A stretch of DNA of 64,000 nucleotides from Coraliomargaritaceae bacterium (GTDB lineage Bacteria > Verrucomicrobiota > Verrucomicrobiia > Opitutales > Coraliomargaritaceae). The stretch is taken from NCBI GenBank assembly GCA_965656495.1, contig CBFHKU010000001.1:178781-242780 (forward strand), in the 5' to 3' direction. The notes below the pieces were generated by a model that saw nothing but the letters and a program-made list of their open reading frames with translations, was not told where the DNA came from and searched no databases. Made by a program: the position numbers and the translations under genes. The first letter of the stretch is position 1. Each line of letters begins with the position of its first letter. Below are positions 51,738-64,000 of the stretch, piece after piece.

Positions 51738-52253
51738 ATGAGACCGGAAAAACAATATCTCGTCGAAGAGGTCAGTACACACCTCGCAAAATCCGACTAC
51801 GTATATCTCGCCAACTATGAGCGCATCACCGTCGATGAAATCGCGGAGTTGCGCGCCTCGCTCGCCGAGCACGACGCCGAGTTCCACGTGGTCAAGAACA
51901 CCATCTTTAATGTCGCTGCCCAGGCCAAGGAATTGCCGGATGTCAGCGAACATTTGACTGGCCCCACTGCCATCATCATCGGCGGTAACAACCCCTCGGG
52001 TGTAGCCAAGGCACTGGGCAAGTTCTTCAAGGCCAAGGAAAAAGTCGAACTCAAGGTCGGGATTCTCGACAACAAGACCCTCGATGCCGCTCAAATCGAA
52101 GCCCTCGCCAAGCTGCCGGGCCTCGAATCGCTACGCGCCCAGCTCCTCGGTTTGCTCACGCAACCCGGTACCGGTCTGGTACGCGTCCTCAACGCCGTGC
52201 CGCAAGGCGTCGTCAATGTACTTCAAGCCAAAGTCCGCGAGGAAAACGGCTAA
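51738..52253 (+). CDS. rplJ: 50S ribosomal protein L10
   Basis: LR...VVKNT, LTGPTA, LAKLP. Conserved position. Confidence 0.95.
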   Translation: MRPEKQYLVEEVSTHLAKSDYVYLANYERITVDEIAELRASLAEHDAEFHVVKNTIFNVAAQAKELPDVSEHLTGPTAIIIGGNNPSGVAKALGKFFKAKEKVELKVGILDNKTLDAAQIEALAKLPGLESLRAQLLGLLTQPGTGLVRVLNAVPQGVVNVLQAKVREENG

Positions 52254-52346
52254 ACAACAAAACAAACCAATACATATAATCCAGCTAGGAGGCCTGCCTC
52301 TTAAATGTTCCAGTCGGAACGCTAGCTAATTGAAAGGTAAAACAAC

Positions 52347-52733
52347 ATGTCAGATATCACTAAAGATCAAGTCGTCGAATGGCTCAGCAGTCAGTCCGTT
52401 CTCGAGGTTTCCGAGCTCGTTAAAGAACTCGAAGAAAAATGGGGCGTGAGCGCCGCTGCTCCGGTTGCGGTTGCAGCTGCAGGTGCCCCTGCCGGTGGTG
52501 ATGCCCCCGCAGCCGAGGAAAAGGATGAGTTCGATGTCATCCTCACCGAAGCTGGTGGCAACAAGATCGCCGTCATTAAAGAAGTCCGTGCCCTCACTGG
52601 TCTCGGCCTCAAAGAAGCCAAGGAACTGGTCGAAAGCGCTCCCAAGCCCGTCAAGGAAGGAGCCGCCAAGGACGAAGCTGAAGAAATCAAGAAGAAGCTC
52701 GAAGCCGCCGGCGCGAAAGCAGAACTCAAGTAA
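52347..52733 (+). CDS. rplL: 50S ribosomal protein L7/L12
   Basis: [34 protein letters not shown]. Confidence 0.98.
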   Translation: MSDITKDQVVEWLSSQSVLEVSELVKELEEKWGVSAAAPVAVAAAGAPAGGDAPAAEEKDEFDVILTEAGGNKIAVIKEVRALTGLGLKEAKELVESAPKPVKEGAAKDEAEEIKKKLEAAGAKAELK

Positions 52734-52772
52734 CTCGTATCACGATTATACGTACTACAGTCACATTTACAT

Positions 52773-52821
52773 GGTTAGGCGAGCTCGCCCCCTTTCGGGC
52801 GGGCCTCGCCTAGCTGTTTTT
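52773..52821 (+). terminator. rplL-rpoB attenuator-like hairpin
   Basis: TAGGCGAG...CGCCC-loop-GGGCG...CTCGCCTAG followed by GTTTTT. Confidence 0.65.
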
Positions 52822-52894
52822 CACTCCTGCCACCTCCGTGGCTATCAAGTCATTTCACCCTCCCTCCATCTCACCGCCATCCCGCACCTCAGTC

Positions 52895-55800
52895 ATGTCA
52901 GAGCGTATTAACTTCGGTCAAATCAAGGAAGTCATCCAGCCACCCAATCTGATTGAAAATCAGATCGATTCCTTTAAGGAATTTTTACAGATAGAGGAGG
53001 CGCCGGGACAGCGCAAGCCTGTCGGTCTGGAGGCGGTCTTCTCAGAAGTCTTTCCCATCGAGAGCTACGACAGTCGCTGTCACCTCGAATACGTCAGCTA
53101 CAACATCACTCCGCCGCGCGAGTCCGAGATCGAAGCGATCCGCGAAGGGGTCACCTATTCCGTCTCGCTCTACGTGAAGCTTCGCCTCCGCGAGGAAGAT
53201 CACATCAAGGACGAGGAAATTTACATGGGCGAGCTGCCCATGATCACCAGTCGCGGTTCCTTTATCATCAATGGCGCGGAGCGTGTTATTGTCAGCCAGC
53301 TCCACCGCTCACCCGGTATTGCCTTTGAGGAAAGCACCCACACCAGTGGTAAGATTCTCCACGCTTTCCGCATTATTCCCGACCGTGGTACATGGCTCGA
53401 GGTTCAGTTTGATCAGAACGACCTCCTCTACGTTTACCTCGACCGCCGCCGCCGTCGTCGCAAGTTCCTCCTCACAACGCTGCTGCGTGCGATGGGCTAC
53501 AGTTCCGACGCCGAGATCCTCGACCTCTTTTACCAGATGGAGGAAATCAAAGTCTCCGATGCCCTCAAGCGCGACAGCGTTTCCAGCCTTGTTTTGACTG
53601 AGGACATTGTGGATGGCGACAAGGGCGTTGTGCTGGCGCGTGCCTTTGAGCCGTTGACCAAGACCATCATCCGTTCCTTCGACAAGGCAGGCCTTAAATC
53701 GGTCACCGCAATCGATACCACTGTCGACGACGGCGCGATCATCCGCTGCCTCAAAAAAGATCCCACTCAAAACGAGGAAGAGGCGCTCAAGGACATCTAC
53801 AAACGCCTGCGTCCCGGTGAACCGCCCACAACCGCAAACGCCAAAGCCTTGCTCAAACGCCTCTTCCAGGATCCGCGCCGCTATGACCTTGGCCGCGTCG
53901 GACGTTACAAGCTCAATCAAAAGCTCAAGATGGACACCGACCTTGAGTTCCGCGTTATCAATGCGGATGACGTGGTCGGTGCGACTAAATACCTCACTCG
54001 CTTGAAGCGGGGCGACGGTACGCTGGACGATATCGACCACTTGGGTAGTCGCCGTGTACGTACGGTGGGTGAATTGCTCGCCAACCAATGCCGCGTGGGC
54101 CTCGCCCGCACCGAGCGTTTGGTCAAGGAACGCATGACTCTTTACGATCAAAGCGTGGATTCGATCACGCCGCAAAAGCTTATCAATCCCAAGGCATTGA
54201 GCACCGTGATTCGCGACTTCTTTGCGCGGAGCCAGCTTTCTCAGTTTATGGATCAGATCAACCCGCTTGCGGAGTTGACCCACAAACGCCGCCTTTCCGC
54301 GCTCGGCCCCGGTGGTCTCAACCGTGAACGTGCCGGCTTTGAGGTGCGCGACGTGCACCCCTCGCACTACGGACGTATCTGCCCCATCGAAACGCCTGAA
54401 GGTCCCAACATTGGTCTGATCAACTCCCTCAGCCTCTATTCGCGCATCAATGAATTCGGATTCATCGAGACGCCTTACCGCAAGGTTGTGAAAGGCAAAG
54501 TGCTCGACGATGTTGAATACCTGAATGCCGACCAGGAGGAAACGCACCTCATCGCGCAGGCAAACTCCGTCATCGATAAAAAAGGTTTCCTGCAAGGTCG
54601 TGTCACCTGTCGTCGTGAAGATGAAGTGCTTGAAGTCAGTGGTGAGGAAGTCGACTACATGGACGTTTCGCCCAAGCAGTTGATTTCGGTTGCGGCGGGT
54701 CTCATTCCCTTCCTGGAACACGACGACGCCAACCGCGCGCTGATGGGTTCCAATATGCAACGCCAGGGTGTGCCGCTCCTTGAGTCGGAGGCTCCGTTTG
54801 TTGGTACCGGTATTGAAAACCGCGTTGCGGTTGACTCCAAGACCGTGGAGGTCGCCGACATGGACGGTATTATTGCGCAAGTGGACGCGCGTCGCATCGT
54901 GTTGACCAAGGACGGCGAATTGCCGGCTCGTACCCGCGATATCAAGACCGATCCCAAGCGCGAAATTTACGTGTACGAACTTCGCAAGTTCATGCGCTCC
55001 AATGCCGGCACCTGCTTCAACCAGAAGCCGGTCGTTACCAAGGGGCAACCCGTCAAGGCGGGGCAGGTCCTTGCAGACGGTGCTTCCACCGACGACGGTG
55101 AACTCGCCATCGGTCGCAACATCCTGGTGGCATTCATGCCCTGGAACGGCTACAATTTCGAAGACGCGATTCTTATCTCAGAGAAAATAGTGAAGGAGGA
55201 TATCTTCACTTCCATCCACGTGGATGAATTTGAAGTTACGGCCCGCGATACCAAGCTCGGTCCCGAGGAAATTACCCGTGACATTCCCAATGTCGGGGAA
55301 GAAGCGCTCAAGGATCTCAATCACGACGGCGTCATTCGCGTCGGTGCGGAAATCAAACCCGGCGATATTCTCGTTGGTAAGATCACTCCCAAGTCCGAAA
55401 CTGAATTGGCACCCGAGGAAAAACTCCTGCGTGCGATTTTCGGTGAGAAGGCCGCTGACGTTAAGGACACCTCTTTGGTTGTTCCTTCCGGAGTTCACGG
55501 TATCGTGATGGACGTAAAGGTCTCTGCTCGTATCGACGGCGAACCCGAGCAAATGTCCGCTTCCGACCGCCGTCGCCAGATCAAGAAGATCAACGAAGAA
55601 TATCGCTCGCAAAACGATCGCATGCGCGACGACCTCACCGAGGCACTCTCCAATATTCTCCTCGGCGAGAAGATTCCCCTCGACGTTAAGAATGGTGAGA
55701 CCGACGAGGTCATCATTCCCGCAAATCGTAAGATCACCAAGACCTTGCTTCGCCGCTTGGCTGCGGTTTCCAAGCACATCGAAATCGACCCCTCTCCGGT

Positions 55801-56689
55801 TCGCATTAAGATCATGGAAATCGTCGACAGCTATCAGGGCAAATTCGACGAGCTTGAGTACGAGCGCGAGCGCAAGATCGAAGCGGTCGAGTCCGGTGAA
55901 GATGCCGATCAAGGCGTGGTCAAGAGCGTTAAGGTTTACATCGCCAAGAAGCGCAAAATGCAGGTCGGTGACAAGATGGCCGGACGCCACGGTAATAAGG
56001 GCGTCGTTGCCAAGATTGTCCCCGAAGAAGACATGCCGTATCTGCCTGATGGCACGCCGGTAGAGATTTGCCTCAACCCGCTCGGGGTTCCTTCGCGCAT
56101 GAACGTGGGTCAGGTTCTGGAAACCCACCTTGGTTGGGCTTGTAAGAAACTGGGCATCACGGTCGCGACTCCGGTCTTTGACGGCATCAGTGAAAGCCGC
56201 GTGCGCGGTTACCTTGAGGAAGCCGGATTGCCATCCACCGGTAAGAGTATGCTCTATGACGGCCTGACCGGCGAGCAATTGCACGAAGAGGTCGTGGTCG
56301 GCTACATGTATATGTTGAAGCTCAACCACCTCGTTGCTTCCAAGATTCACGCCCGCGCGGTTGGTCCCTACAGTCTCATCACCCAGCAACCGCTTGGGGG
56401 TAAGGCCCAGTATGGTGGTCAGCGTTTCGGGGAAATGGAAGTCTGGGCGCTCGAAGCCTACGGAGCTGCCTACACCCTTCAGGAACTGCTCACCGTTAAA
56501 TCGGATGATGTCGCAGGCCGTACCCGCATCTATGAATCGCTCGTCAAGGGTGACAACAGCTTACAGGCCGGTACTCCGCAGTCCTTCAACGTTTTGATGA
56601 AGGAAATTCAAAGCCTCTGCCTCGACGTCAGTCTGGGCTCGGAGGGTAAATTCAACCTCGGCGGGGCCGCTGCGGCCATCGACGTCTAA
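52895..56689 (+). CDS. rpoB: RNA polymerase beta subunit
   Basis: FIINGAERV, SQLSQFMDQINPL, ETPEGPNIGLI, GDKMAGRHGNKG, GGQRFGEME. Start at MSERINF. Confidence 0.98.
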   Translation: MSERINFGQIKEVIQPPNLIENQIDSFKEFLQIEEAPGQRKPVGLEAVFSEVFPIESYDSRCHLEYVSYNITPPRESEIEAIREGVTYSVSLYVKLRLREEDHIKDEEIYMGELPMITSRGSFIINGAERVIVSQLHRSPGIAFEESTHTSGKILHAFRIIPDRGTWLEVQFDQNDLLYVYLDRRRRRRKFLLTTLLRAMGYSSDAEILDLFYQMEEIKVSDALKRDSVSSLVLTEDIVDGDKGVVLARAFEPLTKTIIRSFDKAGLKSVTAIDTTVDDGAIIRCLKKDPTQNEEEALKDIYKRLRPGEPPTTANAKALLKRLFQDPRRYDLGRVGRYKLNQKLKMDTDLEFRVINADDVVGATKYLTRLKRGDGTLDDIDHLGSRRVRTVGELLANQCRVGLARTERLVKERMTLYDQSVDSITPQKLINPKALSTVIRDFFARSQLSQFMDQINPLAELTHKRRLSALGPGGLNRERAGFEVRDVHPSHYGRICPIETPEGPNIGLINSLSLYSRINEFGFIETPYRKVVKGKVLDDVEYLNADQEETHLIAQANSVIDKKGFLQGRVTCRREDEVLEVSGEEVDYMDVSPKQLISVAAGLIPFLEHDDANRALMGSNMQRQGVPLLESEAPFVGTGIENRVAVDSKTVEVADMDGIIAQVDARRIVLTKDGELPARTRDIKTDPKREIYVYELRKFMRSNAGTCFNQKPVVTKGQPVKAGQVLADGASTDDGELAIGRNILVAFMPWNGYNFEDAILISEKIVKEDIFTSIHVDEFEVTARDTKLGPEEITRDIPNVGEEALKDLNHDGVIRVGAEIKPGDILVGKITPKSETELAPEEKLLRAIFGEKAADVKDTSLVVPSGVHGIVMDVKVSARIDGEPEQMSASDRRRQIKKINEEYRSQNDRMRDDLTEALSNILLGEKIPLDVKNGETDEVIIPANRKITKTLLRRLAAVSKHIEIDPSPVRIKIMEIVDSYQGKFDELEYERERKIEAVESGEDADQGVVKSVKVYIAKKRKMQVGDKMAGRHGNKGVVAKIVPEEDMPYLPDGTPVEICLNPLGVPSRMNVGQVLETHLGWACKKLGITVATPVFDGISESRVRGYLEEAGLPSTGKSMLYDGLTGEQLHEEVVVGYMYMLKLNHLVASKIHARAVGPYSLITQQPLGGKAQYGGQRFGEMEVWALEAYGAAYTLQELLTVKSDDVAGRTRIYESLVKGDNSLQAGTPQSFNVLMKEIQSLCLDVSLGSEGKFNLGGAAAAIDV

Positions 56690-56728
56690 GCCTTATTAAC
56701 GGTTAATTTTAAAAAGAAAGTTACACAT

Positions 56729-60979
<4,251 letters not shown>

Positions 60980-61001
60980 TTCGACTCACTCCTTTAATTA
61001 C

Positions 61002-61029
61002 AAAGCCCTCCGGTTTCGGGGGGCTTTTT
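61002..61029 (+). terminator. Intrinsic terminator after rpoC
   Basis: AAAGCCCTCCG-gttt-CGGGGGGCTTTTT. Confidence 0.85.
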
Positions 61030-61158
61030 GTTATTATAGGATTGAAAGAGCGGAGCATTCGTCTAAAGTCTTTTTCAGATCTTTGAAAATTTCCAGTTAT
61101 CTCAAATCGAATTTGAGCGTCCAATTCCGGTCGTTCATATCAAGAAGAAAAACTGAAA

Positions 61159-61506
61159 ATGAAAACACAAGCTATCATGTTAGCTCTGTTGACAACACTC
61201 GTGTCCTTAACCGCACACGCGAACCAAGCAGGCTTAAGGCCTGAATTGGTAGACGCCGTAGCGCCCCATGCCGGGGATGCCGCAGTAGGCACAGTTGTCA
61301 CCGCTCTACTCACAGTCAGTGAGCAGGGCCGCATCGAAAACGTGAAAGTTGGGTATAACAACACCCCTCGCTTCGCCGAATCCGTGGCCGAAGTAGTGAA
61401 GCAATGGCGCTTCACTCCGGCGGTTCGCGATGGCAAAGCAGTGCGGTCCCTTGTTCTCGTGCCCTTTAGGGTAGTACCAGCGGACAGCCAAGTTGCGATG
61501 CGTTAA
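61159..61506 (+). CDS. Small exported TonB C-terminal-domain-like protein
   Basis: Signal peptide (TAHA), GTVV..LTVSEQGRIENVKV...VKQWRFTPAVRDGKAV. Confidence 0.75.
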   Translation: MKTQAIMLALLTTLVSLTAHANQAGLRPELVDAVAPHAGDAAVGTVVTALLTVSEQGRIENVKVGYNNTPRFAESVAEVVKQWRFTPAVRDGKAVRSLVLVPFRVVPADSQVAMR

Positions 61507-61568
61507 ACTGAAAACCGGATCTTGCGGGAAGCCGCAAAATCCACCTGAACTAAAATAGAAAATGAACC

Positions 61569-61605
61569 GGCCGCTCTTCCATTTGTGGGGGAGCGGCCAC
61601 TTTTT
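61569..61605 (+). terminator. Intrinsic terminator before rpsL promoter
   Basis: GGCCGCTCTTCC...GGGGGAGCGGCC-AC-TTTTT. Confidence 0.75.
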
Positions 61606-61650
61606 GCCCGAATTAAGCCCAAGAAGGCTAAAAAAATTACAATAAAATCC

Positions 61651-61678
61651 TTGCACGGTGCAGGGAAGGGGCTACTTT
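61651..61678 (+). promoter_or_regulatory. Putative sigma70 promoter of str operon
   Basis: TTGCAC-N16-TACTTT with upstream A tracts. Confidence 0.55.
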
Positions 61679-61713
61679 CGCCATCTTTCTCTAATTCTAG
61701 CGTCTGAATTTTA

Positions 61714-62088
61714 ATGCCTACCATCAACCAACTTGTCCGCAATCCGCGCGCTGTGCAAAAAGCCCAGTCGAAATCGCGTGCGCTTAAAAACAATCCCTTC
61801 CGCCGCGGCGTCTGTGTGCAGGTCATGACCCGTACGCCCAAGAAGCCGAACTCCGCGATCCGTAAAGTTGCGAAGGTGCGCCTTACCACCGGGATCGAAG
61901 TTATCGCCTACATCCCTGACGAAGGACACAATCTACAGGAACACAGTATCGTCTTGGTACGCGGTGGTCGTGTGAAGGACCTTCCCGGTGTTCGTTACCA
62001 CATCGTGCGTGGCACCCTTGACTGCCAGGGAGTTGAAAAGCGCCGCCGCAGCCGTTCCAAGTATGGCGTTAAGAAGCCCAAGGAATAA
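61714..62088 (+). CDS. rpsL: 30S ribosomal protein S12
   Basis: [31 protein letters not shown]. Confidence 0.98.
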   Translation: MPTINQLVRNPRAVQKAQSKSRALKNNPFRRGVCVQVMTRTPKKPNSAIRKVAKVRLTTGIEVIAYIPDEGHNLQEHSIVLVRGGRVKDLPGVRYHIVRGTLDCQGVEKRRRSRSKYGVKKPKE

Positions 62089-62136
62089 ACACAACCGGTC
62101 GCCCATTTTATAAAACAATTTTTGAATCACTGAATT

Positions 62137-62610
62137 ATGTCACGTCGTCGCCAAGCCGTTAAACGTCCCGTCATTCCGGATCCCCGCTACAACAGCACTC
62201 TTGTGACCACCCTGGTCAACATGATCATGGAACGCGGCAAGCGCACCCTCGCGCAGCGCATCGTCTACACTGCTTTCCAGAAGGTCAGTGAAAAACTTGA
62301 AAAAGGTGATCCCGTCGACCTTGTGATGGGTGCTCTCGAAAACACCCGCCCGAAGCTCGAAGTCAAGAGCCGCCGCGTCGGTGGTGCCACCTATCAAGTG
62401 CCCGTAGAAGTTTCTTTTGAGCGCCAACAAAGCCTCGCTTTCCGTTGGATGGTTGCCTCAGCCCGCAAACGCAAAGGCGTTCCCATGGCTGAAGCCCTCG
62501 CCGATGAAATCGTCGACGCCTACAATAACACCGGCGCCGTCGTTAAGAAAAAAGAAGAAATGCACCGCATGGCTCAAGCCAACCGTGCCTTCGCGCATTT
62601 GCGCTGGTAA
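62137..62610 (+). CDS. rpsG: 30S ribosomal protein S7
   Basis: EVKSRRVGGATYQVP, HRMAQANRAFAHLRW. Confidence 0.98.
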   Translation: MSRRRQAVKRPVIPDPRYNSTLVTTLVNMIMERGKRTLAQRIVYTAFQKVSEKLEKGDPVDLVMGALENTRPKLEVKSRRVGGATYQVPVEVSFERQQSLAFRWMVASARKRKGVPMAEALADEIVDAYNNTGAVVKKKEEMHRMAQANRAFAHLRW

Positions 62611-62670
62611 GCACCGCGGCTCAGCCGCCCCTTACCGCCCCCTTGTTCTTTTCCAGTCGTATCGTTTTTT

Positions 62671-64000
62671 ATGTCAGCAGCAGCTACAGCATCCCTCAAT
62701 TCACCGAAGCGTAAGTTCCCCCTGGAGCATACGCGCAATATCGGTATTGCGGCGCATATCGATGCAGGCAAAACGACTACGACGGAAAGAATCCTTTTCT
62801 ACGCAGGGGTCGTCCACAAAATGGGCGAGGTCCACGAGGGCAGCGCCGTCACCGATTGGATGGAGCAGGAACGCGAACGCGGCATCACCATTACCTCCGC
62901 TGCGATTTCCTGTAACTGGACCAATACCGAAGGCCCCTACGCCGGGATCACCCAGCAAATCAATATCATCGATACCCCCGGCCACGTCGATTTTACCGCG
63001 GAGGTGGAGCGTTCCCTGCGCGTCCTCGACGGTGCGGTCGCGGTCTTTTGCGCGGTTGCCGGAGTTCAGCCCCAGTCCGAGACCGTCTGGCGGCAAATGA
63101 ATAAATACGCGGTCCCCCGGATCGCCTTTATCAACAAAATGGATCGCACCGGGGCAGATTTCCCGGCGGCTGTTACCTCCATGCGTGAGCGCCTCGGTGC
63201 CAAGGCTCAACCCATCTTTATCCCCATCGGTGCCGAGGAAGACTTTATTGGTCTCATCGATCTGGCATCCATGCAGGCGCATCTCTACGATTCCACTGAC
63301 GCCAGCGGAATGACTTACCAAACCGGGGAAATTCCAGCCGAGTATCAGGAGGAGGCTGCCGCTGCGCGGGAAGCACTCATCGAGGCGCTCGCCGATTGTG
63401 ATGATGAACTCGCCGATCTTTACCTAGGGGGAGGGGAGCTGACCGCCGATGCGATTCGCGCCGCGATCCGCCGTGCCACCACCAAACTTGAATTCTGCGC
63501 CGTTATTCCCGGAAGCGCCTTTAAGAACAAGGGAGTGCAGTCCGTCCTTGAATCGGTCGTCAACTACCTGCCCGCGCCCCTGGACCTGCCGCCGATGAAG
63601 GGCGAAGACAGCAAGGGCCGCGCCCTTGAAGTTGCGCCGGACGACAACGCCAAAGTCACGGGCCTCGCCTTCAAGCTCATGAACGACCCTTTCGTCGGCA
63701 AGCTCGTCTTTTTCCGCATTTACTCCGGTTCCTTGAAAAAAGGCAGCACCCTCTTCAACGCCCGCACTGGCAAAACCGAGCGCATCTCCCGCCTGCTCGT
63801 TATGAAAGCGGATGCCCGCGACGATATTGATGCGGCGTATTCCGGTGACATCTGCGCCCTTGTCGGTGCCCGCGATGTCATTACGGGTGATACCCTGAGC
63901 ACCAAAGGCTTCGATGTGCGGCTCGAACCGCCCACGTTCCCGGAACCCGTTATTTCCATGTCGATCGAGCCGAAGACCTCCGCCGATCAGGAAAAAATGG
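62671..64000 (+). CDS. fusA: Elongation factor G of the str operon (partial, runs off window end)
   Basis: Manual translation [44 protein letters not shown]...RGITITSAA...DTPGH...NKMD. Follows rpsG. Confidence 0.96.
   Translation, partial: MSAAATASLNSPKRKFPLEHTRNIGIAAHIDAGKTTTTERILFYAGVVHKMGEVHEGSAVTDWMEQERERGITITSAAISCNWTNTEGPYAGITQQINIIDTPGHVDFTAEVERSLRVLDGAVAVFCAVAGVQPQSETVWRQMNKYAVPRIAFINKMDRTGADFPAAVTSMRERLGAKAQPIFIPIGAEEDFIGLIDLASMQAHLYDSTDASGMTYQTGEIPAEYQEEAAAAREALIEALADCDDELADLYLGGGELTADAIRAAIRRATTKLEFCAVIPGSAFKNKGVQSVLESVVNYLPAPLDLPPMKGEDSKGRALEVAPDDNAKVTGLAFKLMNDPFVGKLVFFRIYSGSLKKGSTLFNARTGKTERISRLLVMKADARDDIDAAYSGDICALVGARDVITGDTLSTKGFDVRLEPPTFPEPVISMSIEPKTSADQEKM

Noticed and set aside
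54220..54320. Possible rifampicin or streptomycin resistance alleles in rpoB/rpsL
   Set aside because: Key residues appear wild type (SQFMDQ..., THKRRLSAL; S12 PKKPNS and RVKDLPG).

Overview
Bacterial chromosome segment, most likely Verrucomicrobiota (Opitutia-like). This is inferred from the PEP-CTERM proteins, a PVC-type EF-Tu switch I, the RpoB DRRRRRRK motif, RNase HIII and a fused CcoNO. The housekeeping flanks are GC-rich. The left flank carries cbb3 oxidase ccoNO-Q-P-G, tRNA-Val, a stand-alone EF-G, cimA, dnaG-rpoD-tatA, nuoA, a PTS-EIIA-fused diadenylate cyclase and trpA. The right flank carries gspE, mutY, rnhC-rnhB, znuACB and the tRNA-Thr-tuf-tRNA-Trp-secE-nusG-rplKAJL-rpoBC-rpsLG-fusA cluster. 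The accessory centre (about 19.3-40.2 kb) is the most interesting part. First, a vapBC pair sits between two exact 50-bp copies of the trpA 3' end. Next comes a candidate phosphate-starvation surface/uptake system: a 1359-aa TonB-dependent receptor with a large helical insertion, an acidic secreted beta-helix-type protein, three paralogues of one uncharacterised beta-sandwich-like domain (two PEP-CTERM-anchored, one unanchored), an O-antigen-ligase-family enzyme, three accessory envelope proteins, and a convergent PlcP-like phosphoesterase + DUF3450-ExbB-ExbB-ExbD-TonB-TPR operon. Pho-box-like 11-bp-period repeats precede three of its genes. About 21.2-33.7 kb is a lower-GC cassette ending at a second duplicated gene 3' end. 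All family assignments are by motif recognition only; no database searches were run.
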